From an uncultured Gemmatimonadales bacterium (GTDB lineage: Bacteria > Gemmatimonadota > Gemmatimonadetes > Longimicrobiales > RSA9): a stretch of 64,000 nucleotides of DNA. Of this stretch, positions 9,101-17,714 are shown in pieces. The stretch's first letter is position 1. The number at the start of each line of letters is the position of its first letter. The notes under the pieces are model-generated. The model saw only the letters and a program-made list of their open reading frames with translations, ran no database searches and had not been told where the DNA came from. The translations under genes and the position numbers were made by a program. Where the stretch lies: NCBI GenBank assembly GCA_963786235.1, contig CAWAYJ010000020.1, positions 35,804 to 99,803 on the forward strand, in the 5' to 3' direction.

Positions 9101-12100
9101 GTGGGCGCTTCCGGACGCATTGCGAGCGCGTTCCTCCGCTCCAAGCTCACGCCGCTCTTGACCATCGCGTCACTCGGCGTCGGGGCGCTTGCCATCGTCG
9201 CGACCCCGCGCGAGGAGGAGCCGCAGATCTCGGTGCCGATGATCGACGTGATCGCGGTGCTGCCGGGCGCGGGCCCGGAGGAGACCGAGAACCTGCTGGC
9301 TCGTCCCATCGAGAAGCACATGTGGGAGATCCCGGGTGTGGACTACGTCTACGCCATGGCGGGCGAAGGCATGGCCCTCGTGACCGTTCGCTTCGATGTC
9401 GGCGAGAACCAGGAAGAGAGCATCACCAAGGTCCACGCCCGCCTCGCCGCGGCCATGGACGAGACGCCGCCCGGAGCCCTGCCCCCGATCGTCAAGCCGC
9501 ACTCGATCGACGACGTCCCGATCCTGACCCTCACGCTCCATTCGGAGCGCTACGGCAGCAACGAGCTGCGCCAGCTCGCCGTCCACCTCGAGGACGACAT
9601 CCGGACCCTGCCCGACGTCGCGCAGACCGTGATCGTGGGCGGGCAGCCGCGCCAGATCATGGTCACGCTCGATCCGGCCCGCCTCGCGTCGAGTGGCGTG
9701 ACCGCGGGCGAGGTCGCGATGGCATTGCGTGGCGCGAACAGCCGGCTGCAGGCGGGCGAGTTCGCCCGCGCCGACAGCGTGTTCCGCGTCGATGTCGGCG
9801 CGCCACTCTCGACCCCGGGCGATGTCGGCAGCGTCGTGGTCACGGCGCGCGGCGGCAACCCGGTCTACGTGCGCAACGTCGCCGAGGTGCGCGAGGACTT
9901 TGCCGAGCCGGTCGACTACGTGAGCCACGCGGCGGCGGGCGCGATCGCGGAAGCAGCGGTCACCATCAGCGTCGCGAAGCGGAAGGGCGCCAACGCGACG
10001 CGCGTCGCGGAAGCGGTCCTCGAGCGCGTCGACCAGGCGGAAGGACGGCTGCTGCCCGCCGACGTGAACGTCGCGGTCACCCGCGACTACGGCGAGACCG
10101 CGGCGGAGAAGGCGAGCGAGCTGATCACGCACCTGGCCATCGCGACGCTCTCGGTCACGCTGTTGATCGGGCTGTTCCTCGGCTGGCGCGAGGCGCTGGT
10201 CGTGCTGGTGGCCGTGCCCGTCACGCTCGCCCTCACGCTCTTCGTCTACTACGCGCTCGGCTACACGCTCAACCGCATCACCTTGTTCGCGCTCATCTTC
10301 TCGATCGGCATCCTCGTCGATGATGCGATCGTCGTCGTCGAGAACATCTATCGCCACCTGAAGATGGCGGACCGAACGCCGGAGACCGCCGCCGTCGAAG
10401 CCGTCGACGAGGTCGGCAACCCGACCATCCTCGCCACGCTCACCGTGATCGCCGCGATCCTGCCCATGGCTTTCGTGTCCGGCCTCATGGGTCCGTACAT
10501 GCGGCCCATCCCCGTGGGCGCGTCCGTGGCCATGATCGCATCCCTCGCCGTCGCCTTCATCGTCACGCCGTGGCTCGGGCTCCGACTGCTGCGTGGCCAC
10601 GTCGGCCGCGAGGCGACGCCGCACGACCGCGCGCACGAGCCCGAGGAGAAGGGCCGGTTCGCCCGCATCTACGCCCGCATCATGCTGCCGCTCATGGAGC
10701 GGCGCACGCGCCGGCTCGGCTTCTACGCCGGCGTGGTCATCCTGCTCTTCCTGTCAATGGGGTTGGTCGCCGTACGGTTGGTGTCCGTCAAGATGCTGCC
10801 CTTCGACAACAAGAACGAGTTCCAGGTCGTGCTCGACCTGCCCGAAGGCACGACGCTCGAGACCACGAACGTCGCCGCACAACAGATCGCCGACTACCTG
10901 CGCACGGTACCCGAAGTCGAGAGCACCGAGACGTACGCGGGCACCGCCGCACCCTTCAACTTCAACGGTCTCGTCCGCCATTACTTCATGCGACGCGGCG
11001 CCAACGTCGCCGACGTCCAGGTCAACCTCGTGGGCAAGGGAGACCGCGACCGGCAGAGCCACGACATCGCGGTCGCCGTCCGCCCCGGTGTGGACTCGAT
11101 CGCTGCCCTCTTCGGGGCCCGCGCCAAGATTGCCGAGATCCCGCCCGGCCCGCCCGTCCTCTCGACGCTGGTCGCCGAAATCTACGGGCCGGACCAGGCG
11201 ACCCGGATCGAGACCGCGCGCAAGGTCATGGACGTCTTCGAGTCGACGGACGGCGTCGTCGATGTGGACTGGACGGTCGAGGATCCCGCCGCGAAGCGCG
11301 TGTTCCGGGTGGACCGCGTCCGCGCGGCGGACGCCGGCGCGAGCGTCGAGCAGATCACGCAGACGCTCGCGCTCGCGCTGTCCGGCGCGCCCGTCGGCAT
11401 CGCGCCGTCGGCCACGGCGCGCGAGGGTGTCGCGATCGTGCCGCGCCTGGCGCTCGGCCAGCGTTCCTCGGTCGAAGCGCTGCTCGCCATGCCGATCGCA
11501 ACCGCGCGCGGACCCGAGCCGCTCCAGCGTTTCGTCCACGTCGAGGACCGCACCCTCGAGCCGTCCCGCAACCGCAAGAACCTGCGGCCGGTGATCTACG
11601 TCACGGGCGATGTCGCGGGCTCCATCGAGTCGCCGGTGTACGCGATTCTCGCCATGAACCGGAAGCTCGACGACGTCCGCGTGAACGGCGTACCCATTGC
11701 GCGCTACAACGCGGTCCAGCCCGAGCGCCTCGATGAGGTCGCCATCAAGTGGGACGGCGAGTGGCAGGTCACCATCGAAGTCTTCCGCGACCTCGGCCTC
11801 GCCTTCGCCGCCGTGCTGCTGCTGATCTACGTGCTCGTCGTCGGCTGGTTCCAGTCCTTCAAGGTGCCGCTCGTCATCATGGCGCCGATCCCGCTCACGC
11901 TCATCGGGATCCTGCCCGGCCACGCCATCACCGGCGCCTTCTTTACCGCGACGTCGATGATCGGGATGATCGCCCTCGCCGGCATCATCGTTCGCAACTC
12001 GATCCTGCTCGTCGACTTCATCCAGCTCGCCGAGGAACGCGGCCGCACGTTGAAGGACGCCGTGCTCGAGGCGGGCGCCGTCCGCTTCCGGCCCATCGCG

Positions 12101-12280
12101 CTGACCGCCGCGGCCGTCGTCGCGGGCGGCATCGTCATGGTGCTGGATCCGATCTTCCAGGGCCTCGCCGTCGCCCTCATCAGCGGCGCCGTTGTCGCTA
12201 CCCTGCTCACCATGATCGTCGTGCCGCTCCTCTACTGGGAGCTGCGGCGGCGCGAGACGCCGGAGGTCAGGATCCCATGA
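9101..12280 (+). CDS. RND efflux permease (AcrB/AcrD/AcrF family)
   Basis: 1059 aa; PREEEPQI.VPMIDV, GILVDDAIVVVENI, RFRPIALT. Confidence 0.93.
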   Translation: MGASGRIASAFLRSKLTPLLTIASLGVGALAIVATPREEEPQISVPMIDVIAVLPGAGPEETENLLARPIEKHMWEIPGVDYVYAMAGEGMALVTVRFDVGENQEESITKVHARLAAAMDETPPGALPPIVKPHSIDDVPILTLTLHSERYGSNELRQLAVHLEDDIRTLPDVAQTVIVGGQPRQIMVTLDPARLASSGVTAGEVAMALRGANSRLQAGEFARADSVFRVDVGAPLSTPGDVGSVVVTARGGNPVYVRNVAEVREDFAEPVDYVSHAAAGAIAEAAVTISVAKRKGANATRVAEAVLERVDQAEGRLLPADVNVAVTRDYGETAAEKASELITHLAIATLSVTLLIGLFLGWREALVVLVAVPVTLALTLFVYYALGYTLNRITLFALIFSIGILVDDAIVVVENIYRHLKMADRTPETAAVEAVDEVGNPTILATLTVIAAILPMAFVSGLMGPYMRPIPVGASVAMIASLAVAFIVTPWLGLRLLRGHVGREATPHDRAHEPEEKGRFARIYARIMLPLMERRTRRLGFYAGVVILLFLSMGLVAVRLVSVKMLPFDNKNEFQVVLDLPEGTTLETTNVAAQQIADYLRTVPEVESTETYAGTAAPFNFNGLVRHYFMRRGANVADVQVNLVGKGDRDRQSHDIAVAVRPGVDSIAALFGARAKIAEIPPGPPVLSTLVAEIYGPDQATRIETARKVMDVFESTDGVVDVDWTVEDPAAKRVFRVDRVRAADAGASVEQITQTLALALSGAPVGIAPSATAREGVAIVPRLALGQRSSVEALLAMPIATARGPEPLQRFVHVEDRTLEPSRNRKNLRPVIYVTGDVAGSIESPVYAILAMNRKLDDVRVNGVPIARYNAVQPERLDEVAIKWDGEWQVTIEVFRDLGLAFAAVLLLIYVLVVGWFQSFKVPLVIMAPIPLTLIGILPGHAITGAFFTATSMIGMIALAGIIVRNSILLVDFIQLAEERGRTLKDAVLEAGAVRFRPIALTAAAVVAGGIVMVLDPIFQGLAVALISGAVVATLLTMIVVPLLYWELRRRETPEVRIP

Positions 12281-12567
12281 AACTGCTGCTGATCATCTAC
12301 AGCGGCGCGGACCGCCACCTCGTACCCGGCCTGCTCGATCGGCACAACGCGGGCGGGTTCTCGGAGCTGCCGCAGGTGCACGGCGCGGGCACTACCGGCC
12401 GGCGCGCGGGAACCCGCGCCTGGCCCGGCGACGCGTCTATCTACTTCAGCGTCGTACCGGCTGACCAGGCGGAGGCGCTGACTGTCGCCATGAAGGATGC
12501 GGCGAGCAACCTGGCGGAAGGCGAACGGCTGCACGCCGCCGTTCTGCCCATCGAGGAGTTCTTCTGA
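12277..12567 (+). CDS. PII-like transporter-associated small protein
   Basis: MKLLLIIY..., VHGAGTTG, AWPG; 96 aa; ATGA overlap with the RND gene. Confidence 0.7.
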   Translation: MKLLLIIYSGADRHLVPGLLDRHNAGGFSELPQVHGAGTTGRRAGTRAWPGDASIYFSVVPADQAEALTVAMKDAASNLAEGERLHAAVLPIEEFF

Positions 12568-12621
12568 GCCGCGGACGCCCTGCGGTCACCCGAGACTTTC
12601 TTTCAAGGACGATGAAGAGAA

Positions 12622-12846
12622 ATGTGCCCCGAATCCATCATTCGACGGTTTGCCGGCGTCTTCCTGCTCGCCTCCATCGCGTTGGCCGTCTGGGTCAGCC
12701 CATGGTGGCTCGCATTCACCGCGTTCGTCGGCTTCAATCTGCTGCAGTCGAGCTTCTCCGCGTTCTGTCCGCTCGAGAAGATGCTCGGCCGGTTCGGTCT
12801 CTGCGGTTGTACGCCCGCAGACGCCGACCCGATCAGTGAATCATGA
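12622..12846 (+). CDS. DUF2892 / YgaP-like membrane protein
   Basis: IRRFAG...FVGFNLLQSSFSAFCPL motif, two TM segments. Confidence 0.85.
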   Translation: MCPESIIRRFAGVFLLASIALAVWVSPWWLAFTAFVGFNLLQSSFSAFCPLEKMLGRFGLCGCTPADADPISES

Positions 12847-13312
12847 GGCCGAGCCGCACCGCATACGGATTCCCCGAGAAGATCTTCGACGGCCGGTACC
12901 GGACATCGACGAATGGGCGGAACGACTTCAGCGCCAGCGCCACGCCGACGCCGACGACGAGCTCCCGCTTCGTCGCAGTCTGACCATCCACTTTGCTCTG
13001 GCGGATCGACCAACCCACCCCGACGAATGGCTGCACCAGCGGCACCGCGACCGTGTAGTTCGCGTCGATCGTCAGGCCCTTCTGGCTGCAGTCGCTCCCG
13101 CCGCAGTCCGGGAAGAACCATTCGCCGTTCAGCGCGAGGCTCACCGGCAGCAGCGGGGCGCCGATCTCCAGGCGCCCACCCACACCGTCACTTTCGCCGA
13201 ACGGATCCGATGTGCGCACGAAGTAGCCGCCCGCGCTGACCTGCGCCCGGGCCGGCGCCGACGCCGCCAGCAGCGCAGCGACTGCGAAACTCGCGATTCC
13301 CAGACCTTTCAT
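12833..13312 (-). CDS. small outer-membrane beta-barrel protein
   Basis: Signal peptide MKGLGIASF...ARA-Q, alternating beta-strands, PFVGVG motif, Cys pair in a loop. Confidence 0.65.
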   Translation of the reverse strand: MKGLGIASFAVAALLAASAPARAQVSAGGYFVRTSDPFGESDGVGGRLEIGAPLLPVSLALNGEWFFPDCGGSDCSQKGLTIDANYTVAVPLVQPFVGVGWSIRQSKVDGQTATKRELVVGVGVALALKSFRPFVDVRYRPSKIFSGNPYAVRLGLMIH

Positions 13313-13748
13313 TCCGCCACTCGCCTTTTCCTTTTCGCCCTCGGGACCGCGTCGCGACCTCGCATCCCAATGCCACGATCCCGGCCTCCACCGGTTGACC
13401 ACAAGGTCCCACGGTCGCCTCGTCCGATACGCATGTATCCGGCCAGTACCCCGGCCGATCCTGTAACCACTTGCCTCTGAACCGGTTGCGCGTGGCATCC
13501 CGTTCGTGAGCTCCCACGAGCGGCCCCGCAGCCGGTGTCCGGCCGTCCCGCAAGGGCGCAGGTCGACGGTTCGGTATACCATGTCGAGAGCGGAAATGTA
13601 CGCGCCACAACGAGTTGCGCGATGGCATCGGATGAGAAAATACTGGAACTTTGAGCACCAAACCGACTATATTAGGCAAGACAAAAGACTGTGCGTGCCG
13701 GGGCTCCCGGCGCTCGCACACGTCGGGTCAGCATGCCCCGGGGGATCC

Positions 13749-14576
13749 ATGAGGTACGAAGATTCCGGCCGGATGCGCGGTGCCAGCCGACTGAGTGTCC
13801 TGACCGCAGCCACCGCTCTCCTGGTTTCGTTTCAGCCGGCCGCGTCGCAGTCCGTCACCGATCCGGGCGTCATGCCAGCCGGGTCGGCCGAGACTACCCA
13901 GCAGAGAGGCGGGCGGGATTTCCTGTTCGGCGCGCCTGCGGTGACGCTGAGCCTGCGCGGAGGGTACAACTTTGCGCGCGCCGGTGGCGACGTGTTCGAT
14001 CACACGCGCCAGTTCCTGACGGTGAATCGCCGGGACTTCGGCGCGTTCGCGGTGGCGGCGGATCTCGGTGTGCGGGTGACGCCGCGCCTGGATGTCCTGT
14101 TCAGCTTCGCGCACGAGGGAACGAGCGTGCGATCGGAGTTCAAGGACTGGGTGGACCAGAACGAGCTGCCGATCGAGCAGCGGACACGGTTCTCACAGAC
14201 GCCATTGACGGCGGGATTGCGGTACTATCTGGTGCCTCGGGGACGCGAGATAGGGCGGTTCGTCTGGATTCCGACACGGGTGGTGCCCTACATTGGGGTA
14301 GCGATCGGTGGCGTGTATTACAGCTTCGACCAGACGGGGGACTGGGTGGACTTCCAGGACCTGGCGGTCTTTACCGACCAGCTCGAGTCGAGCGGGTGGA
14401 CGGGAATCGGTCAGGCGATGGGTGGTGTCGACGTGGCGTTGACGCCGTGGATGGGGCTGGTGGCGGAAGGCCGGTTCTCGATGGCGAACGCGTCGCCGGG
14501 TTCCGATTTCAGGGGATTCGATGGGATCGATCTTACGGGCTTGCAGTTCACCGTGGGCCTCAGCTTTCGCATGTAG
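13749..14576 (+). CDS. outer-membrane beta-barrel protein
   Basis: Signal peptide, PLTAGLRYY, VPYIGVAIG, C-terminal GLQFTVGLSFRM beta-signal; start could be a few codons later. Confidence 0.75.
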   Translation: MRYEDSGRMRGASRLSVLTAATALLVSFQPAASQSVTDPGVMPAGSAETTQQRGGRDFLFGAPAVTLSLRGGYNFARAGGDVFDHTRQFLTVNRRDFGAFAVAADLGVRVTPRLDVLFSFAHEGTSVRSEFKDWVDQNELPIEQRTRFSQTPLTAGLRYYLVPRGREIGRFVWIPTRVVPYIGVAIGGVYYSFDQTGDWVDFQDLAVFTDQLESSGWTGIGQAMGGVDVALTPWMGLVAEGRFSMANASPGSDFRGFDGIDLTGLQFTVGLSFRM

Positions 14577-14588
14577 CCGGAGGGATCC

Positions 14589-15908
14589 ATGAGAAGCAAA
14601 GGCGCATTTCTGACGCTGCTCGCGGTAGCGGCGTTCGTGCCGGCGCGGTTGGCCGCGCAGGAGTCTGTGGATCCGCGCTGGCTGCCGTGGCTCGGCTGCT
14701 GGGAGCCCGTCGAGAACATGGCGGCGCCGGTCGGGGAGGACGGGCAGGCCCGCCAGGCGTACTTCTGCGTGCGTCCGGCCGCGGGCGGCGTCGAGATCGC
14801 GACGGTGGTCGATGGCGCGTCCGTGTCGAGTCGCACGATGGTGGCGGACGCGGCGCGTCACCCGATCTCGGAAGACGGCTGCAACGGCTATCAGACGGCG
14901 CAGTGGTCGGCCGATGGGCAGCGGTTGTTCGTCTCGTCCGAGGTCACGTGTGAAGGCAACATCCGGCGCACGGGATCGGGACTGATGGCGATGATCTCGC
15001 CGACGGAGTGGATCGACGCGCACGCGATCGGCCTGGGCGATGAGCGCGTCCCGCGCGCGGTCCGCTACCGGCCCGCGCCGACCAACGTCGAGGAGTCGGC
15101 GGGATTCGACCTGCGGACGCGCTACGCCGTGGTCGCCGATGCGCGCCGCATCGCGGCCGCGGACCTCTCGGTCGACGACGTGGCGGAGGCGTCGGAGCGG
15201 GTCGACGGCACCGCGCTCCAGGCGTTCCTCTACGAGCGTGGTCAGGGCTTCGACCTCGACGCGGCCAACATCGCCGCGCTCGCGGACGACGGCGTCTCGA
15301 ATGATGTGATCGACCTGATGGTGGCGCTCTCGTACCCGACCAAGTTCACTCTCGATCGCGCTTCGATGGAAGGTGAGCCGAGCGTCGGCGAGCCGGGCTA
15401 TCGCGCCGACGACCGCTACGGCTACTACGGGCGCGGCAGCAACATGGACTACTGCGGCCGCGGCTCCTACTCGTACTCCAACTGCAGCCCCTACGCCTAC
15501 TACTCGCCGCTCGGCTGGAGCTACGGCTACTACAACCCCTACTACTACGGCGGCTACGGTTACGGCGGCTACGGCTACGGCGGCTACGGCTACGGCGGCT
15601 ACGGCTACGGCAACCCGGTCATCGTCATCAATCCGGACAACGGCTTCGGGTCGGTGGGCGGCAGGGCGGTGAAGGGTCAGGGCTACACGCGGATTAACCG
15701 TGGCACCGCGTCCGGCGGAGGCAGCAGCTCGTCCACCGGCCGTACCGCAGTCGGCCGGTCCGGCGCGACGTCCGGTTCCTCGCGGAGCGGCGGAAGCGCC
15801 GTCGGCCGTTCCGGCGGCTCCACCACCGGATCCGCCTCCGGCTCGTCCGGCGGCAGCAGCTCGAGCACTGGCCGCACCGCCAAGCGTCGTGGTGGTGGCG
15901 GCGGCTGA
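14589..15908 (+). CDS. secreted hypothetical protein with Tyr/Gly-rich repeats and a Gly/Ser/Arg tail
   Basis: Signal peptide ending AAQ, Cys-containing N-domain, (GGYGY)n block, low-complexity C-terminus; followed by a terminator. Confidence 0.8.
   Translation: MRSKGAFLTLLAVAAFVPARLAAQESVDPRWLPWLGCWEPVENMAAPVGEDGQARQAYFCVRPAAGGVEIATVVDGASVSSRTMVADAARHPISEDGCNGYQTAQWSADGQRLFVSSEVTCEGNIRRTGSGLMAMISPTEWIDAHAIGLGDERVPRAVRYRPAPTNVEESAGFDLRTRYAVVADARRIAAADLSVDDVAEASERVDGTALQAFLYERGQGFDLDAANIAALADDGVSNDVIDLMVALSYPTKFTLDRASMEGEPSVGEPGYRADDRYGYYGRGSNMDYCGRGSYSYSNCSPYAYYSPLGWSYGYYNPYYYGGYGYGGYGYGGYGYGGYGYGNPVIVINPDNGFGSVGGRAVKGQGYTRINRGTASGGGSSSSTGRTAVGRSGATSGSSRSGGSAVGRSGGSTTGSASGSSGGSSSSTGRTAKRRGGGGG
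15546..15611 (+). repeat. 15-bp coding tandem repeat, about 4.4 copies (TACGGCGGCTACGGY)
   Basis: Units start at 15546, 15561, 15576, 15591; encode YGGYG. Confidence 0.9.
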
Positions 15909-15931
15909 TCACCTCGCGCAACCCTTGCTCA

Positions 15932-15969
15932 GGCGGGAGGCCCTCCGAGGGCCTCCCGCCTTTTCTTTT
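15932..15969 (+). terminator. rho-independent terminator
   Basis: GGCGGGAGGCCCT-ccg-AGGGCCTCCCGCC followed by TTTTCTTTT. Confidence 0.9.
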
Positions 15970-16140
15970 CCCCGCACCCCCGCACCCCGCCGCCCCCGCT
16001 CCCCCATCCCCAAACGCCTCCGCCTCCGCTCCCGCCTCCCGCATTCAGTTGCGCATTCCCTCGCAACCCCCGATTCTCCCCGTTCCCGACCCCGGGTCCG
16101 TTCCCGACCTGCAGCGAAACCCCGAGAACCGCGGAGGTTG

Positions 16141-17679
16141 ATGCCCACGACGGAGCTCGTGTCGGCCCCGGCAGCGCCTGCCCGCTGGGCGAAAGTGATC
16201 GACCACTCGCGCTGCATCGGCTGCCACGCGTGCACGACGGCGTGCAAGTCGGAGAACCTCGTGCCGCTGTCAGTGACGCGGACCTACGTGAAGTACGTCG
16301 ACGTCGGCGTGTTCCCGGAAACGCGGCGCGCGTTCCAGGTCACGCGCTGCAACCAGTGCGAGGACGCGCCCTGCGTGACCGCGTGTCCGACTGCGGCGAT
16401 GTACCGGCGGCCGGATGGGATCGTCGACTTCGACAAGAGCGCGTGCATCGGCTGCAAGGCCTGCATCGCCGCGTGTCCGTACGACGCCATCTTCATCAAT
16501 CCCGATGACCGCTCGGCGGAGAAGTGCAACTTCTGCGCGCACCGGATCGACGTCGGTCTCGAGCCGGCGTGCGTGGTGGTGTGTCCGACGGAGGCGATCG
16601 TGGTCGGCGACCTGTCCGCGCCCGACTCCCGTGTGGCGCGGCTTGTCGGTCGCGATGCGGTGACGGTGCGGCGGCCGGAGAAGGGGACGCGGCCCGCACT
16701 GTTCTACAAGGGCGCCCACCAGGCGACCCTCGACCCGATCGCCGCGCAGCGGCCCGATGGCGGGCTCTTTCTGTGGGGCGAGCAGGGCAGCGTTCCGCAC
16801 GGTGTGACGTCCGGCCACCCGGGTGCCTGGAACAGCAGCGCGGCGGCCGTGCTGGCGTACGACGTGCCGCATCGCGCACCGTGGGACGGTCGGGTCAGCC
16901 TGTACACGTGGACGAAGAGCATCGCGTCCGGCGCGTGGCTCGCGGCGCTGCTGGTAGCATGGCTGGGCTCCGCGGCGTGGACGGGACCGTTGTGGCTGCG
17001 CGCCGCTCCACTCACCGCCGGTATCTTCCTCGCGCTCACCGGCGCGATCCTGGTGTGGGACCTCGAGCACCCGGAGCGTTTCCACTACATCTTCCTGCGA
17101 CCGCAGTGGAAGAGCTGGCTCGTACGTGGCGGCTTCATCATCGCGATCTACTCCATCGTGCTGGCGGTCCACTTCGGCGCGGGCATCGCCGGCAATGCCG
17201 CGGTGACGCGGCTCATGGCCTGGGTGGGTGTCCCGTTCGCCGTCGCGACCGCCGTCTACACCGCCTACCTGTTCGCGCAGGCCCGGGCCCGCGATCTCTG
17301 GCAGAACCCGCTCTCGCCGACGCACCTGCTCGTGCAGGCCGTGCTGGCGGGGAGCGCCGTGCTCGCGCCCCTGTCCGCGCGCCTCGAGCCGTCCGCCACC
17401 GACGCGCTGCTCCTCGCCATCGCGGTGTCGGGTGGACTGCACCTGCTCCTGGTCGCTGGCGAGAGCACGCTCACGCACGGCACGGCGCACGAGCGCCTGG
17501 CGTGGTGGGAGCTCGTGCGCGGCCGCTGGCGCGCGTTCTTCCTCGCGGGTCTCGCTCTGGTCGCGCCCGCCGTCCTTGCGCCGTGGCTCGGCGTCTGGGT
17601 CGCGCTGCCGGTGCTGCTCGGCCTGCTCGCGCACGAACACGCCTGGGTACAGGCCGGACAGTCGGTGCCGCTCGCGTGA
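16141..17679 (+). CDS. fused 4Fe-4S ferredoxin (NrfC/PsrB-like) and NrfD/PsrC membrane anchor
   Basis: CIGCHACTTAC, CNQCEDAPCVTACP, CIGCKACIAACP, KCNFC..., then DLEHPERF..I..RPQWKSWL and multiple TMs; GGAGG RBS. Confidence 0.9.
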   Translation: MPTTELVSAPAAPARWAKVIDHSRCIGCHACTTACKSENLVPLSVTRTYVKYVDVGVFPETRRAFQVTRCNQCEDAPCVTACPTAAMYRRPDGIVDFDKSACIGCKACIAACPYDAIFINPDDRSAEKCNFCAHRIDVGLEPACVVVCPTEAIVVGDLSAPDSRVARLVGRDAVTVRRPEKGTRPALFYKGAHQATLDPIAAQRPDGGLFLWGEQGSVPHGVTSGHPGAWNSSAAAVLAYDVPHRAPWDGRVSLYTWTKSIASGAWLAALLVAWLGSAAWTGPLWLRAAPLTAGIFLALTGAILVWDLEHPERFHYIFLRPQWKSWLVRGGFIIAIYSIVLAVHFGAGIAGNAAVTRLMAWVGVPFAVATAVYTAYLFAQARARDLWQNPLSPTHLLVQAVLAGSAVLAPLSARLEPSATDALLLAIAVSGGLHLLLVAGESTLTHGTAHERLAWWELVRGRWRAFFLAGLALVAPAVLAPWLGVWVALPVLLGLLAHEHAWVQAGQSVPLA

Positions 17680-17714
17680 GCGGGAGCGGAGAAACCCGGC
17701 CTGCGGGAGGAAAG

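Noticed and set aside
13361-13376. Minus-strand TGGCATTGGGATGC as a sigma54 promoter for the small beta-barrel gene
   Set aside because: GG-to-GC spacing is one base short of the strict -24/-12 requirement
15546-15611. Regular repeats as a possible CRISPR array
   Set aside because: Contiguous 15-bp in-frame coding repeats with no spacers and no cas genes
16524-17714. N-terminal ~400 aa of the 1367-aa ORF, suggesting a giant molybdoenzyme
   Set aside because: Overlaps the FeS-NrfD gene in another frame; an RBS and ATG sit at 17706-17717
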